Numbered from the stretch's first letter, positions 1 through 9,330 are shown. The stretch: DNA of 64,000 nt from an uncultured virus (IMG/VR IMGVR_UViG_3300040735_000039) (IMGVR_UViG_3300040735_000039); one strand, 5' to 3'. Translations and numbers: made by a program. Notes: a model not told the origin generated them from the letters alone.

Positions 1-168
1 TTGTGCTTTATAGTCCGAAATCAGTCCTGCTTCATATAGAATTTTACAGTGATAAGCAACCGTCTCGGTATCATATCCATCAATAGCCAAATCGTATATG
101 GCTGTTGAGCGATATTTATCTTCAATTTCCAGTAATATCAGGCGAACAAGGTCCATATCTCGTTTCAT
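1..168 (-). CDS. DUF2513-like protein, 3' end beyond window edge
   Basis: Hand translation from ATG at 168: MKRDMDLVRLILLEIEDKYRSTAIYDLAIDGYDTETVAYHCKILYEAGLI; GGGAGG RBS upstream; the MKRDMDL.R.ILL N-terminus is typical of DUF2513. Confidence 0.7.
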   Translation of the reverse strand, partial: MKRDMDLVRLILLEIEDKYRSTAIYDLAIDGYDTETVAYHCKILYEAGLISDYKAQ

Positions 169-341
169 TTTAGCCTCCCACATGCTTAATTGTAATCAAG
201 TTAAAAATTATGTGTGTCTACCACCCAGTCAATAATGTTTTTGATCTTCATCGGGATCCAGGACAAATGTACTTGCTTCCCAATCTTATGTTTCAGGTAT
301 TTGGGTCTTGTACTTAATCGTATATGGATAATGAAAATTAT

Positions 342-3300
342 TTAGATACTATCTGTCCACATCTCACATTGTCCAATGACTGTAGCGATTGCATCTTCAA
401 GACCTTCAGGTGGATACTTGTACTTTTTCAACAGTTTCTTAACCATACGCCTCATACCTGCACGGGCAGATTCTTTCTTCTGCCAGTCAATGGTGCGGTT
501 TTTACGGAGCATTTCCGTGAGTTCGTGTGTCAGCTCAACGAGATCCTTGTTTTCATAGAAATCCTTGACCGCTTCCGGTCGGGTTATTGCGTCATAGAAC
601 GCCAGTTCCTCAGCGCTCAATCCCATTGCATAACCTTCTGCATGAGCGTTTGCCATATCTTTTGCCATCTTCATCAGTTCAGTGATGACTTCCTCATTGG
701 AAAGCATACCGTTTAAGTACGCCTTCATTGCACGAGAGAGCATATCTGAAAACTTTTCGGATTTCACAAGATTCGTTCTGCGGTATAGCGATACTTGCTC
801 TGCAAGTAATTTTTTTAGTATTTCAACGGCTAGGTTGCGTTCTTTCATCTTCGCGATTTCATCAAGGAACTTAGGATCAAATAGAGAAAATCCTGTATCT
901 ATATCCGAAAATAAATTAATAACACCTTCGCTTTGAATGCTCGCCTTGAGCAGCTCATTGATGCGGGTATTGATTTCTTTCAAGGATAGAGGCTTGCCCT
1001 CACCAGTCAGCCTGGTCAGAAGAGTACGCACCGCCTCGAAGAATGCTGCCTCATAACGTTGTTCTGGTTTCAGCAACGAACGACATAGAGATAGAGCCTG
1101 CCGTAGCAACATTGCTTCCTTAATGAACGCTCCGCGTTGTTTTTCTTTATCCACTCCCGAAATAAAGTTCACTCCACCACTGATGGCTTTTGCACGGGTA
1201 AGGTCGGTGGCCTTTTCATCCATAAAGCTGGAATAGTCGAATCCATGGAACAGATCACGACAGACTTCCAGTTTTTCTACGAATTTTGGCAGAGCAGTCT
1301 TAGCAATGTCTGTATCACCGTAGTTGCTCTTGTCGCGGTTGGTGTAGTCATTCATCGCCTGTTTCAGTGCAGAGGCAATTCCGACATAATCGACTACCAA
1401 ACCACCTTCTTTATCCTTATAAACCCGATTGACTCGGGCTATGGCTTGCATCAAATTATGCCCCGCCATTGGCTTATAGACATACATAGTGGCAAGAGAA
1501 GGGACGTCAAAGCCCGTTAGCCACATATCTACGACAATAGCAATTTTCATTGGATCATTATCATCTTTGAATTTTTTAGCCAATTTATCACGGCGGCGTT
1601 TATTGCCAATGATACTGTGCCACTCTTCTGGATCTTTGTTGCTGTCCGTCATGACGACGCCAACTTTTTCTGTCCATTCCGGGCGCAACTGGAGTACTTT
1701 ATCGTAAATTTTCATCCCGATGGCGCGGGAGTATGCAACAATCATAGCTTTGCCAGTAAGTTCGTACTGGCGGTTTTCTTCGTAGTGTTTGATTATATCT
1801 TCGCAAAGAGCAGTGATTGTCTGTTCTGCTCCGAGTATGCTTTCCATCTGGCCTAGCTCTTTCTTGCTCTTTTCAACAAGGTAAGGCTCTGCGCTTTCCG
1901 CTACAAGATCGTACTCAGCGTCGATACGACGCAAGACATCCTCATCTAGCTTCAGGTGGATCACGCGGCTTTCGTAATACACAGGACGTGTCGCGCCATC
2001 TTCTACCGCTTGGGTCATGTCATAAATGTCGATATAGTTTCCAAAAACCTCAATGGTAGAGCGGTCTTTCGAGGAAATAGGTGTGCCTGTAAATCCAATG
2101 TATGTAGCATTAGGTAAACTTTCACGTATGATAAGGCCGAAGGACTTTTGAATCCGACCGGTCTGACTGTCAACCCTTTCGTCGATAAACTGACTGCGAT
2201 GCGCTTCGTCCGCTATAACGATTACATTGCGTCGGTCAGATAAAAACTCGGAACTTTCCTCAAATTTCTGTGCGGTAGTAAAGATAATGCCGTTTGCCTG
2301 CCGTCCAGCAAGCAAGTCTTTCAAATGAGTTCTGCTTTCGGCCTGCTGAGGTGTTTGACGGAGAAAACCCGCACATTTGGCGAATTGTTCGAAGAGCTGG
2401 TCGTCAAGATCGTTTCGATCTGTTAATACAACAATCGTGGGAGAGTTTAGCACTTCCTGCAAAAGATGCGCATAGAAAACCATTGATAGCGATTTGCCAC
2501 TGCCCTGTGTATGCCAAAACACACCGCCCTTTCCGTCCGTCTCGGTAGCTTTGATTGCAGAGGCGGCAGCTTTTCGTACAGCGAAATATTGATGGTATGC
2601 ACCAAGGATTTTGGCATCACCGGAAAAACAGATAAAATTCTTGATGATATCGAGTAGCCGCTCCTTTTCGAATATCCCCTCGAGGAATGTGTCGAATTGG
2701 GCGTACTGCGTGTTTTCATAGCTGCCGTCTTTCGTTTTCCATTCCATAAAGCGGTCTTCACCCGCTGTGATAGTTCCTGCTTTGGAACAGGCAAGATCGC
2801 TCATCACAAGAAAGGCGTTGTAGATAAACAACGACGGTATCTCGTGCATATAGTTTCGGAGCTGCAGGAAAGCCTCGCTTGCATCCGTTTCCTCGCGACT
2901 GGGCGATTTGAGCTCAAAAACCACCACGGGCAGGCCGTTGAGAAACAAGATAACGTCCGGGCGCTTCTCACTGTTTTCAATTATTGTCCACTGGTTGGCC
3001 ACCGTAAAAGTGTTGCGTTCGATATTTTCATAATCGACAAGATACACAAGCGAAAACCTCTGTTCACCACTATCGAAGTAGCTCACCGAAACGCCGTTTT
3101 GGAGGTAGTCCATGAATTGAACGTTCTTCTGCAATACCGTGCCACCCTCAAAATTGCGCAACTTATAAACCGCCTCGTAAAGGGCGACTTCTGGCAGCTT
3201 AGGATTAACTCGATGCAACGCGGAGAGCAGCTCTTCTTTATGTAGCGGGTCGGTATAATCGCGCACAAGATCAGGTGCGTAGATATGGCCGTATCCTAGA

Positions 3301-3356
3301 GTGTCCCGAAACACCTCTAAAACGGCATTTTCGTAATTTGCTTCGGTATATGGCAT
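342..3356 (-). CDS. hsdR: Type I restriction endonuclease subunit R
   Basis: 1004 aa; PD-(D/E)xK motif (RPDV...VFELKS), Walker A TQGSGKS, DEAH, FTGTP, MWLTGFD, QAIARVNR; DUF3387-like C-terminus. Confidence 0.97.
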   Translation of the reverse strand: MPYTEANYENAVLEVFRDTLGYGHIYAPDLVRDYTDPLHKEELLSALHRVNPKLPEVALYEAVYKLRNFEGGTVLQKNVQFMDYLQNGVSVSYFDSGEQRFSLVYLVDYENIERNTFTVANQWTIIENSEKRPDVILFLNGLPVVVFELKSPSREETDASEAFLQLRNYMHEIPSLFIYNAFLVMSDLACSKAGTITAGEDRFMEWKTKDGSYENTQYAQFDTFLEGIFEKERLLDIIKNFICFSGDAKILGAYHQYFAVRKAAASAIKATETDGKGGVFWHTQGSGKSLSMVFYAHLLQEVLNSPTIVVLTDRNDLDDQLFEQFAKCAGFLRQTPQQAESRTHLKDLLAGRQANGIIFTTAQKFEESSEFLSDRRNVIVIADEAHRSQFIDERVDSQTGRIQKSFGLIIRESLPNATYIGFTGTPISSKDRSTIEVFGNYIDIYDMTQAVEDGATRPVYYESRVIHLKLDEDVLRRIDAEYDLVAESAEPYLVEKSKKELGQMESILGAEQTITALCEDIIKHYEENRQYELTGKAMIVAYSRAIGMKIYDKVLQLRPEWTEKVGVVMTDSNKDPEEWHSIIGNKRRRDKLAKKFKDDNDPMKIAIVVDMWLTGFDVPSLATMYVYKPMAGHNLMQAIARVNRVYKDKEGGLVVDYVGIASALKQAMNDYTNRDKSNYGDTDIAKTALPKFVEKLEVCRDLFHGFDYSSFMDEKATDLTRAKAISGGVNFISGVDKEKQRGAFIKEAMLLRQALSLCRSLLKPEQRYEAAFFEAVRTLLTRLTGEGKPLSLKEINTRINELLKASIQSEGVINLFSDIDTGFSLFDPKFLDEIAKMKERNLAVEILKKLLAEQVSLYRRTNLVKSEKFSDMLSRAMKAYLNGMLSNEEVITELMKMAKDMANAHAEGYAMGLSAEELAFYDAITRPEAVKDFYENKDLVELTHELTEMLRKNRTIDWQKKESARAGMRRMVKKLLKKYKYPPEGLEDAIATVIGQCEMWTDSI

Positions 3357-3369
3357 AAAAGAACCTCCC

Positions 3370-3998
3370 CTATATGATGAAATCCTTGTCGTTTTTTAAT
3401 CTCAATTTTTTGCATATTCGTACAGTTTCAACTGGCTGTTGAATATGCCCAACCTGATATTCTATGCAAAATTTCAGAGGTCCACATTTTGCAAAATTTA
3501 TATATGGTGAACCATTTTTGCTTTCTTTTGTGGATAAAGTAAGTTCACAATTGTTGTCTTGGAATAATTCTATTTTACCCTTATAAGAACCATCTTCGCT
3601 TCGTATTTGGTATATTGCGTAAGCGAAAAAATGCAAACTGTTATGTCCAATATTAGTTCATCGGTAAGATTGATATCATATTCCTTTCCAAACGATTTCC
3701 ACTCAGCTTCCCAATCTTCAAAGTGCATACCATGGTAACCTTTAATGCTTTTGCAGCCAGGCTCTTGTTCATAACTATTCTTAATTGCACCTTCTATAGC
3801 GCTCATCACTTTTCCTCGATCCCGCCCTCTGTGTGCCACTAAATGAGCAAATTCCATTATTAATAAGTATCTTGAACTATCAATATGTCTTCTGATAAAA
3901 ATCAAAAAGCCTAATATGTCATATTCATCAAATTCAGCGTTTATAATGACTTTTTTATAATGATCAAACATTAATTTCTCTTTTTCATCAAAACTCAT
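3370..3998 (-). pseudogene. Hypothetical gene split by a 1-bp frameshift near 3600
   Basis: Overlapping ORFs 3570-3998 and 3370-3636; total span 629 nt (one short of a codon multiple); joins as ...LTQYTKY/SEDGSYKGKIELFQ; RBS AAGGAG before 3998. Confidence 0.6.
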
Positions 3999-4014
3999 AT
4001 TGGCTCCTTTACTT

Positions 4015-4035
4015 CAAAGATAAATCATCATTTAG
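4015..4035 (+). repeat. hsdS shufflon recombination site A (CAAAGATAAATCATCATTTAG)
   Basis: Perfect 21-bp inverted match to 4705-4725; 19-bp inverted match to 7817-7835. Confidence 0.93.
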
Positions 4036-4040
4036 AGCAG

Positions 4041-4712
4041 ATGGCGCAGGCCATTTTCAAGTCATGGTTTGTGGAATTTGAGCCGTTCGGCGGCGTAATG
4101 CCCGACGATTGGCGGGAAGGCACGATTTCCGATTTGGGTGATGTTATTGGCGGTAGTACTCCATCGAAAGCAAAACCCGAATTCTACACTGAAAACGGCA
4201 TAGCATGGATTACGCCCAAAGACCTGTCCGTCAACAAGAGCAAGTTCATCGCTCACGGAGCGGACGACATTACAGAACTTGGGCTTCGCAATAGCAGCGC
4301 AAGGCTCATGCCACGAGGAACAGTCCTTTTTAGTTCCAGAGCGCCAATCGGCTATATTGCCATTGCAAGTGGCGAAGTCTGCACCAATCAGGGCTTCAAG
4401 TCTGTTGTCCCGAAAGCAAATGTCGGCACAGCCTTCATCTACTACTTCCTTATCCAGAACCTTGAGACCATTGAAAGTATGGCTTCTGGTTCGACTTTTA
4501 AGGAGGTTTCGGGAAGTACGATGAAGGGCATACCCGCAATTATTCCTGATGATGACACGCTTCGCCGTTTTCAAGAAGAATGCACCCCCATTTTTGAGAA
4601 GCAAGAGCTTCTGGAAGCGGAGAACGCCCACCTCGCCGAGATTCGGGATTCCCTTTTACCCCGCCTGATGTCTGGCGAGCTGTCCGTTGCCGACTTCGGC
4701 GACACTAAATGA
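4041..4712 (+). CDS. hsdS: Silent inverted hsdS 3'-half cassette (central conserved region + alternative TRD2 + C-terminal conserved region)
   Basis: MAQAIFKSWFVEFEPFGGVMPDDWREG and LLPRLMSGELSVAD closely match the corresponding parts of 7098-8363; opposite strand to the operon; flanked by sites A and B. Confidence 0.92.
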   Translation: MAQAIFKSWFVEFEPFGGVMPDDWREGTISDLGDVIGGSTPSKAKPEFYTENGIAWITPKDLSVNKSKFIAHGADDITELGLRNSSARLMPRGTVLFSSRAPIGYIAIASGEVCTNQGFKSVVPKANVGTAFIYYFLIQNLETIESMASGSTFKEVSGSTMKGIPAIIPDDDTLRRFQEECTPIFEKQELLEAENAHLAEIRDSLLPRLMSGELSVADFGDTK

Positions 4713-5212
4713 TGATTTATCTTTGCGTTGTTGGCAATTTTGTCGTCCAGAGCTTGAAGGGTTGCGGCTATTTCATATTGTTCAGCGATTGACGGAATAC
4801 GTACATCTAACGCCGCCAATTCTGAAAACGTAATCTGTGGAAAAGTGCCAGAACGGGTTTCTGCCAGGAGCTGAAGCTGGTTGATTATTTCATCAGACTT
4901 CAACACCTGGAACAAAAACTCAGGTAACACTTTATCATTGACACGAATCACCATAAGTTTAGTCGATGCTACATAATCGCTTGCGTCGAAGTCTACAAGC
5001 GCAAAACGGCGATTTTTAGGACGTATCTCAGAATACAGAATGTCGTCCTGCCGAAATGACTTCTTAAACTGCCCTCTTAAATTCTCGTTCGGAACATAGG
5101 CGTGGTTCGTAACCTTGCCGTCTAAAACGTCAGAAGTATTAATAAGGACAACCTTTTCAAGCTGTCTGCGGAATGTCAGAGATACGCTCTCACAGACTTC
5201 ACCTAATCTCAT
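4571..5212 (-). CDS. hsdS: Alternative hsdS 5'-half (TRD1b) currently reading through site B into the antisense of TRD2b
   Basis: TRD-like sequence ending IPSIAEQYEIAATLQALDDKIANNAKINHHL (compare VPLYEQQAIAATLSALDARIAENRKINHHL in hsdS), then a non-HsdS tail; own AGGAGG RBS at 5223-5228. Confidence 0.9.
   Translation of the reverse strand: MRLGEVCESVSLTFRRQLEKVVLINTSDVLDGKVTNHAYVPNENLRGQFKKSFRQDDILYSEIRPKNRRFALVDFDASDYVASTKLMVIRVNDKVLPEFLFQVLKSDEIINQLQLLAETRSGTFPQITFSELAALDVRIPSIAEQYEIAATLQALDDKIANNAKINHHLVSPKSATDSSPDIRRGKRESRISARWAFSASRSSCFSKMGVHSS
4705..4725 (-). repeat. hsdS shufflon recombination site B
   Basis: + strand CTAAATGATGATTTATCTTTG is the reverse complement of site A. Confidence 0.93.
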
Positions 5213-5226
5213 ATGCGGTTTTCCTC

Positions 5227-6219
5227 CTAACCAATGTACTTTCTATGCGAATTCTTAACATTTGTCTGATTGACCATAGCATAATGCATAGTCGTATCTA
5301 TCTTCACATGACCAAGTAACCGCTGTACTTGCTCAATGGGCATTCCTTTGTCAATTGCACGCGTTGCAAGCGTCCGCCGGAATTTGTGCGGATGAACCTT
5401 TTGCATGTCCGCCCGCTTTCCGATTTCACGAAGCCTCGTTTCCACGCCGCCGATGAGTAGCCGCTCACGAGGCAGTGTCAGCGACACGAATAGCGCGGGG
5501 TTGTTGTCCTTTCTACCGTCAAAGTAGTTCAAAAGGTGTATTTTCGTTCGGGCGTCAAAGTAAACCACCCGCTCACTGCCGCCTTTGCCGAGCACCACAC
5601 ATTCCCGCTCGTGAAAGTTTATATCCTTGCGATTCAATCCGACCAGTTCACCGACGCGCATGCCGGTTGATGCGAGTAGATCAACCATTGCGAGATCGCG
5701 GATTTCCTCGCAAGCGTCACGTAGCTGTTCCAATCCCTCGTCGCTAAAAGTCTCTTTAATCGGCTTGTCGGTCTTTACTTTATGAATTCGGCGTACTGGG
5801 CTTTTCAGTATGTAATCCTCGTCTTCAAGCCAACTGAAAAAGCTACTGAAAATACGCCGCATATTGTCAATCGTTACTTTGGAAGAACTACGCTCCTTTT
5901 GGTACTTCGCCAGATAGCCTCGCAGGTCGTCCGTATTGATTTCACGCATGGGCTTACCCACGCTGCCAAGCATTTGCCGGACGGTTGAGTCGTAGTATTT
6001 CATCGACTTCTCGCTGCAACCTTCAACTCGTTTCGCGGCAATGAACACGTCCAGCAATCCTCCATTCTCTTTTGCTTCCGTTGGTTCAAGAGCCTTCTTT
6101 TCTGTTATCTCCACCCCGTGGAGGGCGTTCGTCAGAACCCGTCTGAGTTCCCCCAGTTGCTCCGAATTAAGCATTAGCGCCATGCTTGCCTGAATCTGTG
6201 TAATGAACTTATCCTTCAT
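5227..6219 (-). CDS. Tyrosine recombinase (putative hsdS invertase)
   Basis: SAM-like N-terminal domain, STGMRVGE, HPHKFRRT, LLGH...TMHY catalytic residues; located between hsdS cassettes. Confidence 0.93.
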   Translation of the reverse strand: MKDKFITQIQASMALMLNSEQLGELRRVLTNALHGVEITEKKALEPTEAKENGGLLDVFIAAKRVEGCSEKSMKYYDSTVRQMLGSVGKPMREINTDDLRGYLAKYQKERSSSKVTIDNMRRIFSSFFSWLEDEDYILKSPVRRIHKVKTDKPIKETFSDEGLEQLRDACEEIRDLAMVDLLASTGMRVGELVGLNRKDINFHERECVVLGKGGSERVVYFDARTKIHLLNYFDGRKDNNPALFVSLTLPRERLLIGGVETRLREIGKRADMQKVHPHKFRRTLATRAIDKGMPIEQVQRLLGHVKIDTTMHYAMVNQTNVKNSHRKYIG

Positions 6220-6292
6220 AATTCCTCCTACCTTTCTGATAATAGGTTTGTTACTGGCAGGAGGAGAGGTAAATCAAAAGTTTATTCCGTTT

Positions 6293-7059
6293 TCACCAGT
6301 TGTTTGAAACAGTATAGACGGCAACTTTTGAATACTCAGTATTATCATCGGCATCGTCAATGTAGAGTTTCCTTGAGAACGCAATTTCTTTCTCTACCAT
6401 GCATATCTCAAGTATGCACAAAAAAATTCCGATATCGATCCTGTTAAAATATGCTACTGCCGATGTAGGCATAATGCCGCGCTTTCCCAGTTGCTTATAT
6501 CTGAACACCGTCAAGATATTGTCTTCATGCTTCACAAACCACGGCTGCGTGTTGCAAGCGCTTGGAGCAAACCTTGCTATCTCTGCAACACTGAAAGTAT
6601 CACCGACCCATATTTTGTCCAACGGCTTTCTCTTGGATTTGAACATATCTTTTCTGAACAGGGACTCATCATTGATTTTGTGTATAGCAATCATAATCAC
6701 ATAATCAAGTCCGTCGTAGGCCTTCTCATCTGGTTTTCCGATTCCAAACCACAGTGAGCCGATGTTATGAGCCACAAGATAAAGATCAAGTTGTTCGCCG
6801 ATGTAACCGGCGTTCATCAGATAGTTGTCTTTTATCTCGCTATAAATGAGGATGCAGTATTCTGCGTCGCGCTTGAAACTCACCTGCTTTGCAGGCACTA
6901 TTTTTATGGCAGTACGGATATTGGACAGAGTTTTTCAAATGTATCGTATACAGCCTTAATCCCTTCCAATTCTTCTGCTATTATCTTGTCTGAATCAACA
7001 TTTCTGAACAGGTGAAAGGATTTTCTTTTGAATATTGCCTTATAGTTGCTTGAGTTCAT
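6293..7059 (-). pseudogene. Nitroreductase-family gene with a 1-bp frameshift near 6920
   Basis: ATG 7059 (RBS GAGGTG) gives MNSSNYKAIFKRKSFHLF...FEKLCP then an early stop; the shifted frame continues IRTAIKIVPAKQVSF and contains ARFAPSACNTQPW; span 767 nt. Confidence 0.78.
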
Positions 7060-7091
7060 CGTCTCACCTCACTGTTTTCACATAGTGCGCA

Positions 7092-7105
7092 AAATCATCA
7101 TTTAG
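7092..7105 (+). repeat. hsdS shufflon recombination site C (AAATCATCATTTAG), overlapping the hsdS stop codons
   Basis: 14-bp core identical to site A and inverted relative to B and D. Confidence 0.85.
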
Positions 7106-8363
7106 CATCGCTGAGGTCGGCAACCGACAGGTCGCCGGACATCAGGCGGGGCAATAGAGCATCGCGGGTGGTCGCCAAGCCTTCATTTTCGAGACCATTC
7201 GCGAAAATGGTATCTATGAAAATTTCAACGGCTTCTGTGAATTGAGCAACAACACCAATCGGAGGGATGATGATTGGCTCATTTTCGAGGAAACCGGTAA
7301 TGTCGAGGTTCTTTATGCCAGTCGTGCCGTTTTCGTAAGAGAACATCACTCTTTGGTCATAGAGGTATTTCCAATAGAAATACACGAATGCGGAATATCC
7401 ATCAGATGGCTTAACCGCTCGGCAAAAGTTCGTGCAAACCATACCTCGGTCGTAGCGGTCGAGAAGCGACTGAGTGATTAAGGCACAGCGTCCTGTTGAT
7501 TGTGTGGGACTACCACCAGAAATCTCGACAACTATGTCGCCAACGGCGAGTCGTTTAGAGACATAGTTTTTAGGAAGGATAAAGCGCGTGGGCATTTTAC
7601 CTTTATTACCGACATTAACATCTGGAATGTCAGCACCGCGAATGCAGTACACCTCTTGGGTGTTGTTGCCCGTAGGCGCATCCTTTCCCCAGTCACCTCC
7701 CAGCGTAGTTGAAATAACCTCGCTGAAAGAGCCTTCCCGCCAATCGTCAGGCATCACGCCCCCGAACGGCTCGAAGTCCACGAGCCACGACTTAAAAATG
7801 GCTTGCGCCATCTGCTCTAAATGATGATTTATCTTCCTGTTTTCGGCAATCCTAGCGTCGAGAGCAGAAAGTGTGGCAGCGATGGCTTGTTGTTCATAGA
7901 GCGGTACAACTGGTATGAGCAAGGACTGTATATTCTTCAAAGGTAGTTTTGCTTGAACCGCACCTACCGTAGCAGCTTTTATGGCATTCTGTCCGTCTTC
8001 AGAGAGTAAATAATAATATAGAAAGTCTCTATCAAGGTCGTGGATGTTAACCATTTTCGCACAGTTTTCAGTAAGATTTGCACCATCAAGCGACATTCCG
8101 ATTTTGGCGACTAATCCGATTGTTCCTACAATCGAGATGATCACGTCATCGGCATTAACTATGTATCGGGCAATTGTGGCTTGGGTCTCTTCATCTACAT
8201 ACTCATAGTCGGAGTTCAATTCAAGCACTTTTTCTGTGCCCAAATCTCTAACCCTAATATATGGGTGCTGAGTTGGCGAGGTCGTGAGGTTTTTACCCTT
8301 TGGAAGTCGTTTACCACCCTTAACATCCGCAAAATCAGAAAGTTGTCGGTAATCAAATGTCAT
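7098..8363 (-). CDS. hsdS: Type I R-M specificity subunit, complete allele (TRD1a + TRD2a)
   Basis: 421 aa; two TRDs separated by the conserved helix EQQAIAATLSALDARIAENRKINHHLEQMAQAIFKSW; overlaps the hsdM stop. Confidence 0.96.
   Translation of the reverse strand: MTFDYRQLSDFADVKGGKRLPKGKNLTTSPTQHPYIRVRDLGTEKVLELNSDYEYVDEETQATIARYIVNADDVIISIVGTIGLVAKIGMSLDGANLTENCAKMVNIHDLDRDFLYYYLLSEDGQNAIKAATVGAVQAKLPLKNIQSLLIPVVPLYEQQAIAATLSALDARIAENRKINHHLEQMAQAIFKSWLVDFEPFGGVMPDDWREGSFSEVISTTLGGDWGKDAPTGNNTQEVYCIRGADIPDVNVGNKGKMPTRFILPKNYVSKRLAVGDIVVEISGGSPTQSTGRCALITQSLLDRYDRGMVCTNFCRAVKPSDGYSAFVYFYWKYLYDQRVMFSYENGTTGIKNLDITGFLENEPIIIPPIGVVAQFTEAVEIFIDTIFANGLENEGLATTRDALLPRLMSGDLSVADLSDAK
7817..7835 (-). 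repeat. hsdS shufflon recombination site D in the central conserved region
   Basis: + strand CTAAATGATGATTTATCTT; encodes KINHHL on the coding strand. Confidence 0.92.
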
Positions 8364-9264
8364 ATCCTATCGCCCCCAGTCTTTTGCGGATTTCATCCTC
8401 CAACTCATGGGAACGTTTGAACATCTCGGATAGTTCACTTGTCAGCCGTGCCATCTTCTCCTCAAATGGCTCACCGTCGTCCTCCTGCTCCTCAATGCCC
8501 ACGTACCTCCCCGGTGTGAGTATGTAGTCCTGCTTTGCTATATCTTCCGTTGTAACAGCGGCGCAGAAACCCTTCACATCTTCGAGTGTTCCTTCATCGA
8601 AGGCCTCAAAGGTGGCAGCAATCTTAGATATGTCATCCGTGGTCATCTCACGTAAACGTCGATTGACCATCGTCCCCATCTTGCGGGCATCGATGAACAA
8701 CGTCTTGCCTTTCTGCTTTTTATTTCGGCTGATGAACCACAACGAAACTGGAATCTGGGTTGTGTAGAATAGCTGTGTAGGCATAGCAATAATACCTTCC
8801 ACAAGATCATCTTCAATTATTCTGCGACGGATATCTCCCTCACCGCCACTTTGAGATGAGAGTGATCCGTTCGCAAGGACCATACCGATTTTCCCGTTCG
8901 GCGACAGATGATGAATCATGTGCTGCAACCATGCAAAGTTCGCATTTCCTGAGGGTGGCAAACCATATTTCCAGCGCGGATCGTCATTAAGGGAGCCATC
9001 ATTCCAATCAGAAAGGTTGAACGGCGGATTCGCCAGGATGTAGTCTGCTTTTAATTGGGGATGCAGATCTTTGTGAAAAGTATCTGCATTGTATCCTCCA
9101 AGGTCTGCTTCAATACCATGAATAGCAAGGTTCATTAGCGCCATCTTACGGGTTGTGGGGTTGGAGTCTTGACCGAATACAGACAAGTTATTGATATTGC
9201 CTGAGTGATGCTTAACAAAGTCAGCAGATTGCACAAACATGCCACCAGAGCCGCAGCAAGGGTC
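8353..9264 (-). pseudogene. hsdM: 3' fragment of type I methyltransferase hsdM, interrupted by the prophage
   Basis: Reads GAC CCT TGC TGC GGC TCT GGT GGC ATG = DPCCGSGGMFVQS, then ANPPFN motif IV and LTPGRYVG; no in-frame ATG supplied by the phage end (in-frame TGA near 9352). Confidence 0.95.
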
Positions 9265-9290
9265 TATATAAATGCAGATTTTGATACAAT
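9263..9290. repeat. Left attachment junction: core TC (9263-9264) + phage arm TATATAAATGCAGATTTTGATACAAT
   Basis: Arm matches the reverse complement of 59432-59457 at 21 of 26 positions. Confidence 0.92.
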
Positions 9291-9292
9291 AG

Positions 9293-9330
9293 AAAAAGCC
9301 CTCCCCAGCCGAAAAATGGCTGAAAAGGGC
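9293..9330 (-). terminator. Intrinsic terminator facing out of the prophage toward hsdM'-hsdS
   Basis: Minus strand GCCCTTTTCAGCC-ATTTTTC-GGCTGGGGAGGGC-TTTTT (stem includes G-U pairs, then a U tract). Confidence 0.6.

Noticed and set aside
5227..6219. Tyrosine recombinase as the prophage integrase or an integron integrase
   Set aside because: It lies outside the att junctions, the 2-bp core fits serine chemistry, and it is embedded among the hsdS repeats
8353..9240. Stand-alone functional 295-aa methyltransferase
   Set aside because: The ORF starts after motif I (DPCCGSGG) with no obvious RBS; it is the 3' part of the split hsdM
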